Below the pieces are notes generated by a model, which saw only the letters and a list, made by a program, of their open reading frames with translations, was not told where the DNA came from and made no database searches. From assembly GCA_041168925.1 (NCBI GenBank), contig JBEEJY010000005.1, positions 2,957 through 66,956 on the forward strand: a stretch of 64,000 bases of DNA, given 5' to 3'. The DNA is from Candidatus Parcubacteria bacterium. GTDB taxonomy: Bacteria; Patescibacteriota; Minisyncoccia; Phycocordibacterales; UBA2100. Of this stretch, positions 17,216 through 27,519 are shown one piece after another. Position 1 is the first letter of the stretch, and every line of letters begins with the position of its first letter. The position numbers and the translations under genes are program-made.

Positions 17216-20200
17216 AAAAATTGCGCAAGGTGCTGCTGCTGGGTTCGGGCGGCCTCAAGATAGGCCAGGCGGGAGAATTTGATTACTCTGGATCACAAGC
17301 GATCAAGGCGCTGAAAGAAGAAGGTCTTCATATCGTATTGATGAATCCAAACGTCGCGACGGTGCAGACCGACGTGCCATTCTCCGCTTCCCGTAAATAC
17401 ATGGGCACGCTCGCCGACACCGTCTACTTCCTTCCGCTCACCGAACAATTCGCGATCGAGATCCTCAAAAAGGAAAAACCGGACGCGATTCTGCTCTCCT
17501 TCGGCGGGCAGACGGCGCTCAATCTCGGTCTTGCGCTCGATGAAAGCGGCGAGCTGAAAAAACGCGGTGTCAAAGTCCTCGGGACGCCCGTCGCCGCGAT
17601 ACGCGATACCGAGGATCGCGATCTTTTCGTCAAGAGACTCGACGAGATCGGCGTGCATACGGCGAAAAGCCGCGCTGCCAGATCAGTCGATGAAGCGCTC
17701 GAGGCCGCCTCGGCAATCGGTTACCCGATCATGGTGCGCGCGGGCTTCGCGCTCGGCGGAGAAGGTTCGGGAGTCGTGCGGGATCCCGAAGAGCTCGCGA
17801 AAAAACTTGCCGAGGTGTTTTGCTCGACGCCTCAAGTCTTGATCGAAGAGTACCTCGGCGGCTGGAAAGAGATCGAGTACGAGGTGGTGCGCGACAAAGC
17901 CGATAACTGCATCGCCGTATGCAACATGGAGAATTTCGACCCGATGGGCATCCACACCGGCGAGAGCATCGTTGTCGCGCCGTCGCAGACGCTTTCAAAC
18001 GCCGAATATCACTCGCTGCGCGAGGTCGCGATCCGTACGATCCGACACCTTGGCATCGTCGGCGAGTGCAATATCCAATACGCGCTCGATCCGGCGAGCT
18101 CCGAATACCGCGTGATCGAGGTAAACGCTCGTCTCTCGCGCTCATCCGCGCTCGCTTCGAAAGCGACCGGCTATCCGCTCGCCTACGTCGCGGCGAAGTT
18201 GGCGCTCGGGTATGTCCTGCCGGAAATCAAGAATTCGGTGACCAAGAAGACCACCGCGTGTTTCGAGCCGGCGCTCGATTATCTCGCGCTCAAGATGCCG
18301 CGATGGGATCTCGCAAAATTCGACAACGCCGCGGAACGCATCGGGACTGAAATGAAGAGCGTGGGCGAAGTCATGGCGATCGGGCGATCTTTCGAGGAGG
18401 TGTTGCAAAAAGCGGTCCGTATGCTCAATACCGCCGGGGCGTCGCGATATTCCAACGCCGATCCCGATATACTGCAAAAAGAGATCGAATACCCGACGAC
18501 CGGCCGCATCCATGCGCTTCTTGCGGCGCTGCGCAATGGCGCGAGTATTGAGGAACTTTGCACGCTCTCTTCGATCGACCGGTGGTTTCTCGACAAGCTG
18601 AAGAACATCACCGACTTCGAGCACGAACTCCGGAATTCGGTGCTCGACCAAGCGCGACTCTTACGGGCAAAGAAGCTCGGCTTTTCCGACGCGCGGATCG
18701 CCGCGCTCGCCCACAACACGCCGTCCGACGTGCGAGCGTTGCGAAAATCATTCAAGATCGTGCCGGTCGTGAAGCAGATCGATACGCTCGCGGGAGAATT
18801 TCCCGCCGAGACCAATTACCTCTACATGACCTACCACGGGAGCGAGAATGACGTGCGTCCGGGCAAAAAGCAAGTCGCCGTCCTCGGGAGCGGCCCGTAT
18901 GCGATCGGCTCTTCGGTCGAATTCGACTGGTCGTGCGTGCAGGCTCTGAAGACTCTGAAGCGCTCGGGTAAAAAAACCATCATGATCAATTCCAATCCGG
19001 AAACGGTCTCGACCGATTACGATATGTCGGACCGTCTTTATTTCGAAGAGCTCACCGACGAACGCGTCCTCGACATCCTTGATTTCGAGAAGCCGCTCGG
19101 CGTCGTAGTCTCGACCGGCGGCCAGATACCAAACAATCTCGCGCTCTTGCTTCACAGGGCGAGAATTCCGATCTTCGGCACTTCGCCTGTCGATATCGAC
19201 CGCGCCGAAAATCGCCACGTGTTTTCGAAATTGCTCGACGAGCTTGGCGTCGAACAAGCGCCGTGGGCGGAACTCAAAACCGACGAATCGACGATCATCT
19301 TCGCGAACTCGATCGGCTACCCGGTCTTGGTGCGGCCATCGTACGTGCTTTCGGGCGCGGCGATGAAGGTCGCGTACGACGAGCAGTCGCTCCTGCGATT
19401 CTTGAAGCGCGCGACCGACGTCTCGAGCGATCATCCGGTCGTGATTTCGAAATTCATCGAGAACGCGCGCGAAATCGAGATCGACGGAGTCGCGCAAAAG
19501 GGCGACCTCGCGATTTATGCGATCACCGAACACGTCGAAAACGCCGGAACGCACTCCGGAGACGCGACGGTCGTCCTTCCGCCGCAACGCACCTACCTTG
19601 AGACCGTGCGCCAGGCGAAACGGATCACCAAGTCGATCATAAAGGCGCTCAAGATCACGGGACCGTTCAATATCCAATTCCTCGCCAAGGACAATCGGCT
19701 CTTCGTGATCGAGTGCAACGTGCGCGCGAGCCGTTCATTTCCCTTCGTCTCGAAGGTGACGGGATATAATTTCATCGACATCGCGATCCGTGCGATGCTC
19801 GGAGAAAAGATCGAGGGCGATTACCGCACGCTCGAACTCGAGACGGTGGCCGTAAAATCTCCGCAATTCTCATACAGCCGCATTAAGGGAGCCGACCCGC
19901 GCACTGGGGTCGAGATGGCATCGACCGGCGAGGTCGCGACGTTCGGAGATTCGTATGCCGAAGCGCTTCTCACTTCCATGATCGCGGCGGGGTTTCGTTT
20001 GCCGAAGAAAAACATCCTCGTCTCGCTCGGCGGCGAAGAAAGCAAAATGAAACTCCTGCCTGCTATGCGGTTGCTTGCCGACATGGATTTCAAGCTGAAC
20101 GCGACCGAACACACGGCCGATTTTCTCCTGCAAAACGGCATAGCGTGCGAAAGAGTATTCAAGATAAGTTCGCGCGAAGATCCCAACGTCGCGGCGCTTT

Positions 20201-20421
20201 TGCAAGCCGGCGGGCTCGATCTCATCATCAACATTCCGACGCGCGCCTTCGCGGGCGAGACGACCGACGGCTCGATCATCCGCCGCAAGGCCGTCGACAT
20301 GAATATCCCGCTCATCACGAATCGCCAGCTCGCCGACGCGTTCATCTTCGCGCTGGCGGAACAGCGAGGAGCTGCTTTCGGAGCAAAATCATGGAACGAA
20401 TACCGCGCTCATCTGCGCTAG
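17212..20421 (+). CDS. carB: Carbamoyl-phosphate synthase large subunit
   Basis: 1069 aa with duplicated ATP-grasp halves and a C-terminal MGS-like domain. Overlaps carA by 4 nt. Confidence 0.95.
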   Translation: MKKLRKVLLLGSGGLKIGQAGEFDYSGSQAIKALKEEGLHIVLMNPNVATVQTDVPFSASRKYMGTLADTVYFLPLTEQFAIEILKKEKPDAILLSFGGQTALNLGLALDESGELKKRGVKVLGTPVAAIRDTEDRDLFVKRLDEIGVHTAKSRAARSVDEALEAASAIGYPIMVRAGFALGGEGSGVVRDPEELAKKLAEVFCSTPQVLIEEYLGGWKEIEYEVVRDKADNCIAVCNMENFDPMGIHTGESIVVAPSQTLSNAEYHSLREVAIRTIRHLGIVGECNIQYALDPASSEYRVIEVNARLSRSSALASKATGYPLAYVAAKLALGYVLPEIKNSVTKKTTACFEPALDYLALKMPRWDLAKFDNAAERIGTEMKSVGEVMAIGRSFEEVLQKAVRMLNTAGASRYSNADPDILQKEIEYPTTGRIHALLAALRNGASIEELCTLSSIDRWFLDKLKNITDFEHELRNSVLDQARLLRAKKLGFSDARIAALAHNTPSDVRALRKSFKIVPVVKQIDTLAGEFPAETNYLYMTYHGSENDVRPGKKQVAVLGSGPYAIGSSVEFDWSCVQALKTLKRSGKKTIMINSNPETVSTDYDMSDRLYFEELTDERVLDILDFEKPLGVVVSTGGQIPNNLALLLHRARIPIFGTSPVDIDRAENRHVFSKLLDELGVEQAPWAELKTDESTIIFANSIGYPVLVRPSYVLSGAAMKVAYDEQSLLRFLKRATDVSSDHPVVISKFIENAREIEIDGVAQKGDLAIYAITEHVENAGTHSGDATVVLPPQRTYLETVRQAKRITKSIIKALKITGPFNIQFLAKDNRLFVIECNVRASRSFPFVSKVTGYNFIDIAIRAMLGEKIEGDYRTLELETVAVKSPQFSYSRIKGADPRTGVEMASTGEVATFGDSYAEALLTSMIAAGFRLPKKNILVSLGGEESKMKLLPAMRLLADMDFKLNATEHTADFLLQNGIACERVFKISSREDPNVAALLQAGGLDLIINIPTRAFAGETTDGSIIRRKAVDMNIPLITNRQLADAFIFALAEQRGAAFGAKSWNEYRAHLR

Positions 20422-21434
20422 CGTTTCGCGATAATCGCTTTTTTGTACGTCTCGAGGTGTTTGAGCGCTTCGCCGGTGCCTTTGGCGACGCAAAACGGCG
20501 CGTCCTTGCCCACGCGCGCTTTGACACCGGTCCGGCGAAAGACGAGCTCGGGGAAATTGCGCAATAGGCTCGAACCGCCGGTCATCGTGATTCCGTTGTC
20601 GATGATGTCCGCCGCGAGTTCCGGCGGCGTATCCTGCAGCACGTCCTTGATCGCGTTGACGATCGTACGGAGCTCTTTGCCCATGGCTCGGACGACTTCA
20701 TTGGTGCCAAGCTCGATCGCGCGCGGCAATCCGGTGAGATGATCGCGACCTTTGACGGTTATGGTGAATTCTTCGTCCACCGGAACCGCGGAACCGACGT
20801 GGATCTTCACCTCTTCGGCCATTTTGTCGCCGATCCCGAGATTGTAGGTCTTCTTCACGTAATCCGCGATCGCATGATCGAGCGCGTTGCCCGCGCATTT
20901 TACCGACGTGGACGCCACGATGCCGCCGAGCGAGATGACCGCGACGTCCGTCGTGCCACCGCCGATATCGACGATCATGTGTCCCCGCGCCTCATGGATC
21001 GGAATACCGGCGCCGATTGCGGCTAGGATGGGCTCTTTGATTATGTATGCTTCTCGAGCGCCCGCTTTCGTCGCCGCTTCGACGACGGCGCGGCGCTCCG
21101 TCGAGGTGACGCCCGCCGGCACGGAGACCATCACTTCCGGACGAAAAAGATTCCACGGACCGAGCGATTTGCGGATATAGTAGCGAAGCATCGCTTCCGT
21201 GACTCGATAATCGGCGATAACGCCGTCTTTCATCGGGCGATACGCCACGATATCGTCGGGCGTGCGGCCGATCATCTCTTTCGCTTCGTTGCCGACTGCC
21301 AGTATCTTGTTGTCGGATTGGGAAACGGCGACGACCGACGGCTCGTTGAGGACGATCCCCTCGCCCGGAACAAACACGAGCACGGTCGTGGTACCAAGAT
21401 CAATCCCGAGTTTGGGTGAAAACGAGAATGCCAT
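20418..21434 (-). CDS. mreB: Rod-shape determining protein MreB
   Basis: 338-aa actin-like ATPase with GIDLGTTT and DIGGGTTDV motifs. Confidence 0.9.
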   Translation of the reverse strand: MAFSFSPKLGIDLGTTTVLVFVPGEGIVLNEPSVVAVSQSDNKILAVGNEAKEMIGRTPDDIVAYRPMKDGVIADYRVTEAMLRYYIRKSLGPWNLFRPEVMVSVPAGVTSTERRAVVEAATKAGAREAYIIKEPILAAIGAGIPIHEARGHMIVDIGGGTTDVAVISLGGIVASTSVKCAGNALDHAIADYVKKTYNLGIGDKMAEEVKIHVGSAVPVDEEFTITVKGRDHLTGLPRAIELGTNEVVRAMGKELRTIVNAIKDVLQDTPPELAADIIDNGITMTGGSSLLRNFPELVFRRTGVKARVGKDAPFCVAKGTGEALKHLETYKKAIIAKR

Positions 21435-21596
21435 AAGGTCACCATTGTATACGGCGGCTATGGTTTGACAAAATACCCGCGTTTTGCATTATTCTTCACG
21501 GAACGCTCGGGCTTCCCCGATTGCGGCGCCGGCCCCGGGACTTCTGCTCGAATCCCTCGTCGATCGCCTGCCCCCGGTGATTGAAGACGAGGGGAG

Positions 21597-21640
21597 GTCA
21601 TCCGTGTTTCCCCGCACGGGTGACCTCACTTTTTTTATAT
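21597..21640 (+). terminator. Strong intrinsic-terminator-like hairpin: 13-bp stem GAGGTCATCCGTG/CACGGGTGACCTC with one G-U pair, followed by ACTTTTTTTATATTT
   Basis: Seen directly in the sequence. The U-tract is on the plus strand only, and there is no annotated plus-strand gene upstream. A TTGACA-N17-ATTATT promoter-like sequence lies at 21463-21495. Confidence 0.5.
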
Positions 21641-21894
21641 TTCTCCGGATTGAGCTCGTACCAGAATTTCTTGGAAAAATCATTCGCGTCGTCGCAGACT
21701 TTTTTTAGGTAGTAGAGATCCTTGGTCGGAATCTTCTCGAGGATCTTTCCCATCCGCGGAAGCGCGATCTTGGGGTAACCGTCTCGTACGCGCGAAGAGT
21801 TGAGGCGTTCGCAGAAATATTTCAAGAATTCGCCGCGCTCCGTCTCGCGCGTTTTCGACGCCGCTTTTTTGATATGTACGCTGATGTGCTTCAT
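21598..21894 (-). CDS. Hypothetical Lys-rich small protein in an AT-richer segment. The start is uncertain; an alternative ATG at 21963 gives about 121 aa.
   Basis: MKHISVHIKK...FLKYFCERLNSSRVRDGYPKIALPRMGKILEKIPTKDLYYLKKVCDD...; no domain recognised. Lower local GC. Antisense to the def upstream region. Confidence 0.4.
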   Translation of the reverse strand: MKHISVHIKKAASKTRETERGEFLKYFCERLNSSRVRDGYPKIALPRMGKILEKIPTKDLYYLKKVCDDANDFSKKFWYELNPEKYKKSEVTRAGKHG

Positions 21895-22102
21895 ACAATC
21901 CGAATATTGAACGAAATGGGCTCTTGGAGTATAAATGATATGCGGCACACCCCATAGGCTCATGAAAGGCTGAAAGGGCAAAACGATGCCGTGACGCCTC
22001 CTAGCGCGTTTGTTGCGCACCTTGCCGGATTGTGCAGAGGGTTCATTCCCCGACCTGCCTCCGGCACTTTTTTTTACCCGAAATAACGATATAGTTGGCC
22101 GA

Positions 22103-22648
22103 ATGAGAACCATCCTTGCCGAAGCACAAAACCCTGCGCTCAGGGAAATCGCGCGAGAGATACCCCTTAAAGACATCCGCGAAAAACATATCCGCTCTCT
22201 CATCAAAGACATGAGATCGCTTCTCGCAAAGGAGGAATACGGAGTGGCGCTTGCCGCTTCGCAAGTCGGAGAGCCCATTCGGCTTTTCGTCGTATCCGGT
22301 CGCGCAATCGCGAGAGATTCTCGCAACGCCCCGGACGAGCCGGAAAAGAAAGAGGATCAACCCGCGCTCCCGGACCAGGTCTATATCAATCCGGTGCTTA
22401 CCAAGATGTCTCGCAGGCGCGTTGATAAACACGAGGGCTGTCTTTCTATCCGCGGCAAGTGGGGCGAAGTGCCGCGCGCGGAAAAAGCGACGATCCGCGC
22501 TTACGACGAGACGGGTCGCATCTTCACGCGCGGGGCTTCGGGTTTTCTCGCGCATATATTCCAGCATGAAATGGATCATCTCGAGGGCATTCTCTACACC
22601 GACAAAGCGACGCATCTTTATGATGAATCAGACGCCAAACGAGACTAG
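22103..22648 (+). CDS. def: Peptide deformylase
   Basis: Carries the GVALAASQVG, EGCLSIRG and HEMDHLEG metal-binding motifs. Start chosen at the internal ATG 22103. Confidence 0.85.
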   Translation: MRTILAEAQNPALREIAREIPLKDIREKHIRSLIKDMRSLLAKEEYGVALAASQVGEPIRLFVVSGRAIARDSRNAPDEPEKKEDQPALPDQVYINPVLTKMSRRRVDKHEGCLSIRGKWGEVPRAEKATIRAYDETGRIFTRGASGFLAHIFQHEMDHLEGILYTDKATHLYDESDAKRD

Positions 22649-23405
22649 ATTCGTCTTTTTCGGCACCACGCCGCTTAAAGAAGGCGTGCTCGCCGAACTG
22701 GCAAAGGCCGGCTTCCTCCCCGCGCTCGCGATAGAAGGCCCAATCACGGCGGAACTCGTCGATGAGCTCGACAAAACGGCGTGGGATGTCTTTATCGTCG
22801 CTTCGTACGGACACAAGATTCCGTCGCGATTGCTCGGTATGCCGCGCCGCGGAGTCGTCAACGTGCATCCTTCGCTTCTTCCGCGACTTCGCGGCGCCTC
22901 CCCTATTCGCTCCGCCATATTGAACGACGAAAAAGAAACGGGCGTCTCGATCATACGGCTCGATGATATGCTCGACCACGGTCCGCTCATCGCGCAGAAG
23001 AAAGTATCCGTATCGCCATGGCCGCCGCGCGGCCGCGCGCTCGATCAGCTTCTCGCCCGCGAGGGCGGCGCTCTGCTCGCGACGGTGCTGCCGCCGTGGC
23101 TGCGCGCAAAGATCGAGGCGCGGCCGCAAAACGACGACCTCGCGACGTACTGCCGCTCGTTCAAAAAAGAAGACGGGCGCATCTCGCTCTCAGACGATCC
23201 GCACCGCAATTTTCTCAAGATCCGGGCGTTTGAAGGCTGGCCGGGCACGTATTCCTTTTTCGAACGCGCCGGAAAGAAGCTGCGCGTGCAAATCTTGGAC
23301 GCGCACCTGCAAGACGGCAAACTGATGATCGACGCGGTCAAACCGGAAGGAAAACGCGAGATGCCCTATCAAGATTTCCTGCGCTCGGGCGCGAAGCCCG
23401 TTTAA
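22620..23405 (+). CDS. fmt: Methionyl-tRNA formyltransferase (short form)
   Basis: Internal ATG at 22620 overlaps the def stop. Formyltransferase N-domain NVHPSLLPRLRGASPI. About 262 aa. Confidence 0.85.
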   Translation: MMNQTPNETRFVFFGTTPLKEGVLAELAKAGFLPALAIEGPITAELVDELDKTAWDVFIVASYGHKIPSRLLGMPRRGVVNVHPSLLPRLRGASPIRSAILNDEKETGVSIIRLDDMLDHGPLIAQKKVSVSPWPPRGRALDQLLAREGGALLATVLPPWLRAKIEARPQNDDLATYCRSFKKEDGRISLSDDPHRNFLKIRAFEGWPGTYSFFERAGKKLRVQILDAHLQDGKLMIDAVKPEGKREMPYQDFLRSGAKPV

Positions 23406-23767
23406 TCCAGGCGCAGCAATCGTTTCGCGAACGCTCCTCCGCGCCGGTAGAGCCTGATGTGCAACTTCCGCTCGCGCCGGAGCTGGCGCTCCGTCTCCTC
23501 TTTCACGTCGTCGATCGCGCCGTTGATGCTCTCGGAATTGTTGCGGGCGTACGCTTTGGCGCCGCCCGGACAGATAATGTGGATCTCGGCGAAAAAAATA
23601 TTGGCGCCGTGGCGCGGCCGGCCCGCGTCGCGTCCAAGCTCTACTTCGCAACGCGCCAGCTGCGCATCCGCGCCGAGCAACTTTTCAAGCGACCGCAGAC
23701 GTCCGTTGAGGTACTCAGAAACATCCTGTGTCATTTGATAATCGGTCGTTTTTACTCTGATGTCCAT
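23402..23767 (-). CDS. hpf: Ribosome hibernation promoting factor / ribosome-associated inhibitor (YfiA/HPF family)
   Basis: 121 aa. MDIRVKTTDYQMTQDVSEYLNGRL...AEIHIICPGG is a typical S30AE-family fold. Confidence 0.8.
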   Translation of the reverse strand: MDIRVKTTDYQMTQDVSEYLNGRLRSLEKLLGADAQLARCEVELGRDAGRPRHGANIFFAEIHIICPGGAKAYARNNSESINGAIDDVKEETERQLRRERKLHIRLYRRGGAFAKRLLRLD

Positions 23768-23772
23768 ACGTA

Positions 23773-24381
23773 TTATTTTCGCTTATACATGCCGATAAGT
23801 TCCGCTTGTCCGAGTACATGGCCCTGCATCGCCTTCAGCACATCCGACTTCGACGCGCCTTCTTGAAGCGGCAAATCGGTATCGAGCGCATACAGCCTGA
23901 AGACGTAGCGGTGCATTGAGGGCTCGTACTGAGCCGGCGGGCACGGACCCGTGTACCCATTTTTCCCCGCCCCGTTTCCCCCAGGCATGCCCGCGGTGCC
24001 GCCCGCCGCGAGCTCCGTCGTCGAGGGAGGAATGTTGAATAACACCCAGTGGTCGAACACGCCGTCTGGCTTCAACTGCTTTGGCACATCTGGATCGTCC
24101 ATGATAAGCGTGAGCGACCGGGCGCCTTCGGGCACGCCCGCCCACGAAAGCGACGGCGACTTATTCTCGCCGTCGCAGGTGAACGGAGACGGAATCGCGG
24201 AACCTGCGGCAAAGGCGGAACTTGTCAGCGAAAATTCCGATTTGTTCATAGAGGCGGAGCTGCTGGTACTGCTCATCGTAACAGTATCAGGCGCGTTCGT
24301 GAACCCCTGATGAGCCGCCAGCCACAACCCGGCACCGATGATAAGAGCGCCGAGCCCTACGATTGCCAACGCATTGCGCAT
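23773..24381 (-). CDS. YbhB/YbcL family phosphatidylethanolamine-binding (Raf kinase inhibitor-like) protein, secreted or lipid-anchored
   Basis: N-terminal hydrophobic signal. PEBP motifs DPDVP...DHWVLFNIP and GYTGPCPP...HRYVFRLYALD. Confidence 0.8.
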   Translation of the reverse strand: MRNALAIVGLGALIIGAGLWLAAHQGFTNAPDTVTMSSTSSSASMNKSEFSLTSSAFAAGSAIPSPFTCDGENKSPSLSWAGVPEGARSLTLIMDDPDVPKQLKPDGVFDHWVLFNIPPSTTELAAGGTAGMPGGNGAGKNGYTGPCPPAQYEPSMHRYVFRLYALDTDLPLQEGASKSDVLKAMQGHVLGQAELIGMYKRK

Positions 24382-24398
24382 CGGGATATTCTACCATT

Positions 24399-27300
24399 TC
24401 AGTCGCGGACGATCTCCGCGGGAAGCTTGCCCGGCCACCGGTATACGAGCGTCGGGATCAGGACGAGCGTAAGTATCATGGCAAACGTGAGGCCGAAAAG
24501 AATCGCGAGCGCAAGCGGCCCGAACAGCGCCGAAGCGAACGTGAGCGGCACCATGCCGATCACGGTGGTGATCGTCGTAAGCACGATGGGACGAAGCCGC
24601 GTTACGGCCGCTTCGACAATGATGTCGGAAAAGGGTCGTCCGGCGCCGGTGCGTATGCGCTTGATGATCGCGTCCATGAGAATGATGGCGTGGTTGATGA
24701 TGACACCTGCAAGCGCGATGACGCCCATCATAGAAGGAAAAGAGAGTGGTTGCAGCGCGAGCGTGAGTCCGCCGAAGACGCCGATGAGCGAGAGCGGGAC
24801 GATCGAAAGAAGGTAGAAGGTGAAGCGGAAGTTGTTGAACGCCAGCACGAGGATGATGAACATGAGCGCGAGCCCCGCGATGAGCGCATAGCCCATCTCG
24901 GCGAATGACTTATTGGTCTCTTCATTTTCCCCACCGACACTCTCCGTAATACCCGGCGGGAGCTTGTCGCTCGGAAATGCCTTGTGAAATGCGGCCAATA
25001 CCTCGCCCGCGGTATAGCCCGGTAAGACGTCGCTCGAGAGCGTAAGCACGCGCTCGCGATTTTCGTGAGCGATCATCGCGTCGCTTCGGGAGATCCCCTC
25101 TTTCACCACCGAGCCGAGCAGCACGATGTTGCCCGACGGTGTCTTAAGAGGAATTTGCCGCAGCGAATCGATCGTTGTGCGCGAAGCGTCGTGAGGATCC
25201 GCGAAATTCGGATTGAGATTGAGCGAGACCACGATATCGACATCTTTCTCGCCTCCCGTCAGCTTCGTCGCCGCCACACCGGAGATCGCCGTGCGCAAAA
25301 CTGCCGCGACGGCCGAGGGCGAGAGCCCGAGTGCCGCGAGCTTGCCGCGGTCGATCGAGAGCGAATATTGCGTGCCGCTGAATTTGTTGGAGGTGTCGAC
25401 CGTCGTCGCGCCCTTTGTCTTCTCAAGCGCGTCGCGCGCTTGCGAGACCGTCTCGCTCAAGAGATCGCGGTCGAGCCCCGAATATTTGACGAGCACCGCG
25501 GCGCCGACCGGGGGGCCGCCGCTTGGCTCGGCCGCCCGGATTTCCGCGACATGGAGCGGCGCGAGTTTCTCTTTCACGTCTTGCAGGATCTCGCTCGAAC
25601 TTTGGGAGCGTTTCTTGACAAAATTGATGGTGATGTTGGCAAAGCGCGGATCGCTTTGCGGGCCCATGCCGGTCGAATCGGAAAACATGCTTTGCGAGCC
25701 GACGGTCGTCACGAGCGACTCGAATCGCGGATCGCCGTAGAGCGCCTCTTCGACCGCGCGCGTGGCAAGGTCCGTCGCGTTGAGATCGGTGCCCGCCGGC
25801 TTTTCGATGTCTACATAGAGGAAATCGCTATCGTCAGTCGGAAAGAAACTCACCTTCATGAGCCCGACCACGGGGAGCGAGAGCGCGATAATAAATGCGA
25901 TGAACATGCCGGAGAAAAAGCGATTCTGCGCCTTGCGATTGCGCAAGAATGATCCGAGATGCGCGGCGTACCATTGCCGCGCGCGCTCCGCATACTCTTC
26001 CTGTTTTTGCGTCAGCTCCGTTTCTTCGCGAACGGAGAACATGTTGGCGAGCGTGGGGACGAGTCCGAGCGCCACGAAGATCGACGCAATGAGGACGAAA
26101 ATAAGGGTAAACGGGATCGAAGCGATGAATTTCCCGACAATGCCGGAGATGAAAAAGAGCGGCGCGAAGACGGCGACGGTCGTCATCGTCCCGCCGATCA
26201 AGGGCCAGGCGTATTCATGGAGCGATTCGAGTGCGGCGCGCTCCTTGTCGCCGAATATGCGCGTGCGCGTGTGGATCGCTTCCACGATGACGATTCCGGA
26301 ATCGACCAAAATGCCGATGGCGAGAATGAGCGAGAAGAGCGAAACGATGTTGAAGGTATTTCCGCTGTACCAGAGCCCCACGAAAGCGATGAGGAACGAG
26401 AGCGGGATCGAAAGGCCGGCGACAACGGATTCCCGCCAGCCGATCGTCGCAAAAAGCGAGAGCATGACGAGAAAGACGGTCTCGAGCCCCGTACGCGTGA
26501 GCTCGGAGAGGTTCTTTTGCACCTCATCGCCTGCGTCGTAGGAAACGACGACATCGCTTCCGTCAAGAAGCGCGCCAGGCATTTGCAGTTCGGCCAAGCG
26601 CTTTTTCACCGCAGCCGTTACCGTTGTGATGTCGTAGCCGCGCACCTTGAGAACCGAGAGCGTCATCGCCTGCCGCGAAGGTTCTCCCGCAAGGGAAATG
26701 CGCGAGTAAGAGGTCGCCTTTTCGACGCCGTCGGATACGTCGGCAATGTCCCGCAGATAGATGACCTGCCCTCCCACCTGCAAAATAGCGATGCCGCCGA
26801 TATCGGAGACGTCATCGAGACTGCCACGGAAATCGATCGCATACGAAATATCATCCACGGTGATCGAGCCGACCGGCAGCGATGCGTTGGACGCTGCGAT
26901 TGCCGAAACGACGTCGGAAAGCGAGATACCGAGGCGCGCGAGCTCTTCTTTGCGTACCACTACTTGTATCTCACGGTTGCGCACTCCGGATACTTCTGCG
27001 CGGTTCACGCCCGGCACCGTTTGAAGCTCGCGCTTGATATCCTCGCCGAGCTTGGCGAATTGCGCGGGCGGCAGATCGCCGGAAACCGAAATAAGCTGGA
27101 TCGGCTGGTCGACAAAATTGACGTCCGAGACGACGGGCGTCTTCGCGTCGGTCGGGAGATCCGGGACGACCTTGTCCACTTCGTCTTTCAGCTTTTGGAT
27201 GGACCTCGTGAGATCGGCGTTGGCCGTGAATTCTACGGTGACGATCGAGAGCCCCTCGCGCGAGGACGAGGTGAGTTTGGAGAGATCGGAAAGATTAGCC

Positions 27301-27515
27301 AATCTCTCTTCTACCTTATTCGTGACGAGGCGTTCGACATCTTCCGGAGAGGCGCCCGGCAACACGATCGAGACGACGCCGACCGGTATCTGGATCTCGG
27401 GAGTCGATTCTTTCGTTATCCTAAACGCGGCGATCGTCCCCCAGAGACAAAATCCCAGTATGACGAGTACGGTGAACTGCCGTTTCTCGAGAAAGAATTT
27501 CCAAACCGACCACAT
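24399..27515 (-). CDS. RND family efflux transporter permease (AcrB/HAE-like)
   Basis: About 1039 aa with 12 TM helices and two large periplasmic loops. Start chosen at MWSVWKFF, immediately after the stop of the adaptor gene. Confidence 0.9.
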   Translation of the reverse strand: MWSVWKFFLEKRQFTVLVILGFCLWGTIAAFRITKESTPEIQIPVGVVSIVLPGASPEDVERLVTNKVEERLANLSDLSKLTSSSREGLSIVTVEFTANADLTRSIQKLKDEVDKVVPDLPTDAKTPVVSDVNFVDQPIQLISVSGDLPPAQFAKLGEDIKRELQTVPGVNRAEVSGVRNREIQVVVRKEELARLGISLSDVVSAIAASNASLPVGSITVDDISYAIDFRGSLDDVSDIGGIAILQVGGQVIYLRDIADVSDGVEKATSYSRISLAGEPSRQAMTLSVLKVRGYDITTVTAAVKKRLAELQMPGALLDGSDVVVSYDAGDEVQKNLSELTRTGLETVFLVMLSLFATIGWRESVVAGLSIPLSFLIAFVGLWYSGNTFNIVSLFSLILAIGILVDSGIVIVEAIHTRTRIFGDKERAALESLHEYAWPLIGGTMTTVAVFAPLFFISGIVGKFIASIPFTLIFVLIASIFVALGLVPTLANMFSVREETELTQKQEEYAERARQWYAAHLGSFLRNRKAQNRFFSGMFIAFIIALSLPVVGLMKVSFFPTDDSDFLYVDIEKPAGTDLNATDLATRAVEEALYGDPRFESLVTTVGSQSMFSDSTGMGPQSDPRFANITINFVKKRSQSSSEILQDVKEKLAPLHVAEIRAAEPSGGPPVGAAVLVKYSGLDRDLLSETVSQARDALEKTKGATTVDTSNKFSGTQYSLSIDRGKLAALGLSPSAVAAVLRTAISGVAATKLTGGEKDVDIVVSLNLNPNFADPHDASRTTIDSLRQIPLKTPSGNIVLLGSVVKEGISRSDAMIAHENRERVLTLSSDVLPGYTAGEVLAAFHKAFPSDKLPPGITESVGGENEETNKSFAEMGYALIAGLALMFIILVLAFNNFRFTFYLLSIVPLSLIGVFGGLTLALQPLSFPSMMGVIALAGVIINHAIILMDAIIKRIRTGAGRPFSDIIVEAAVTRLRPIVLTTITTVIGMVPLTFASALFGPLALAILFGLTFAMILTLVLIPTLVYRWPGKLPAEIVRD

Positions 27516-27519
27516 GGTG

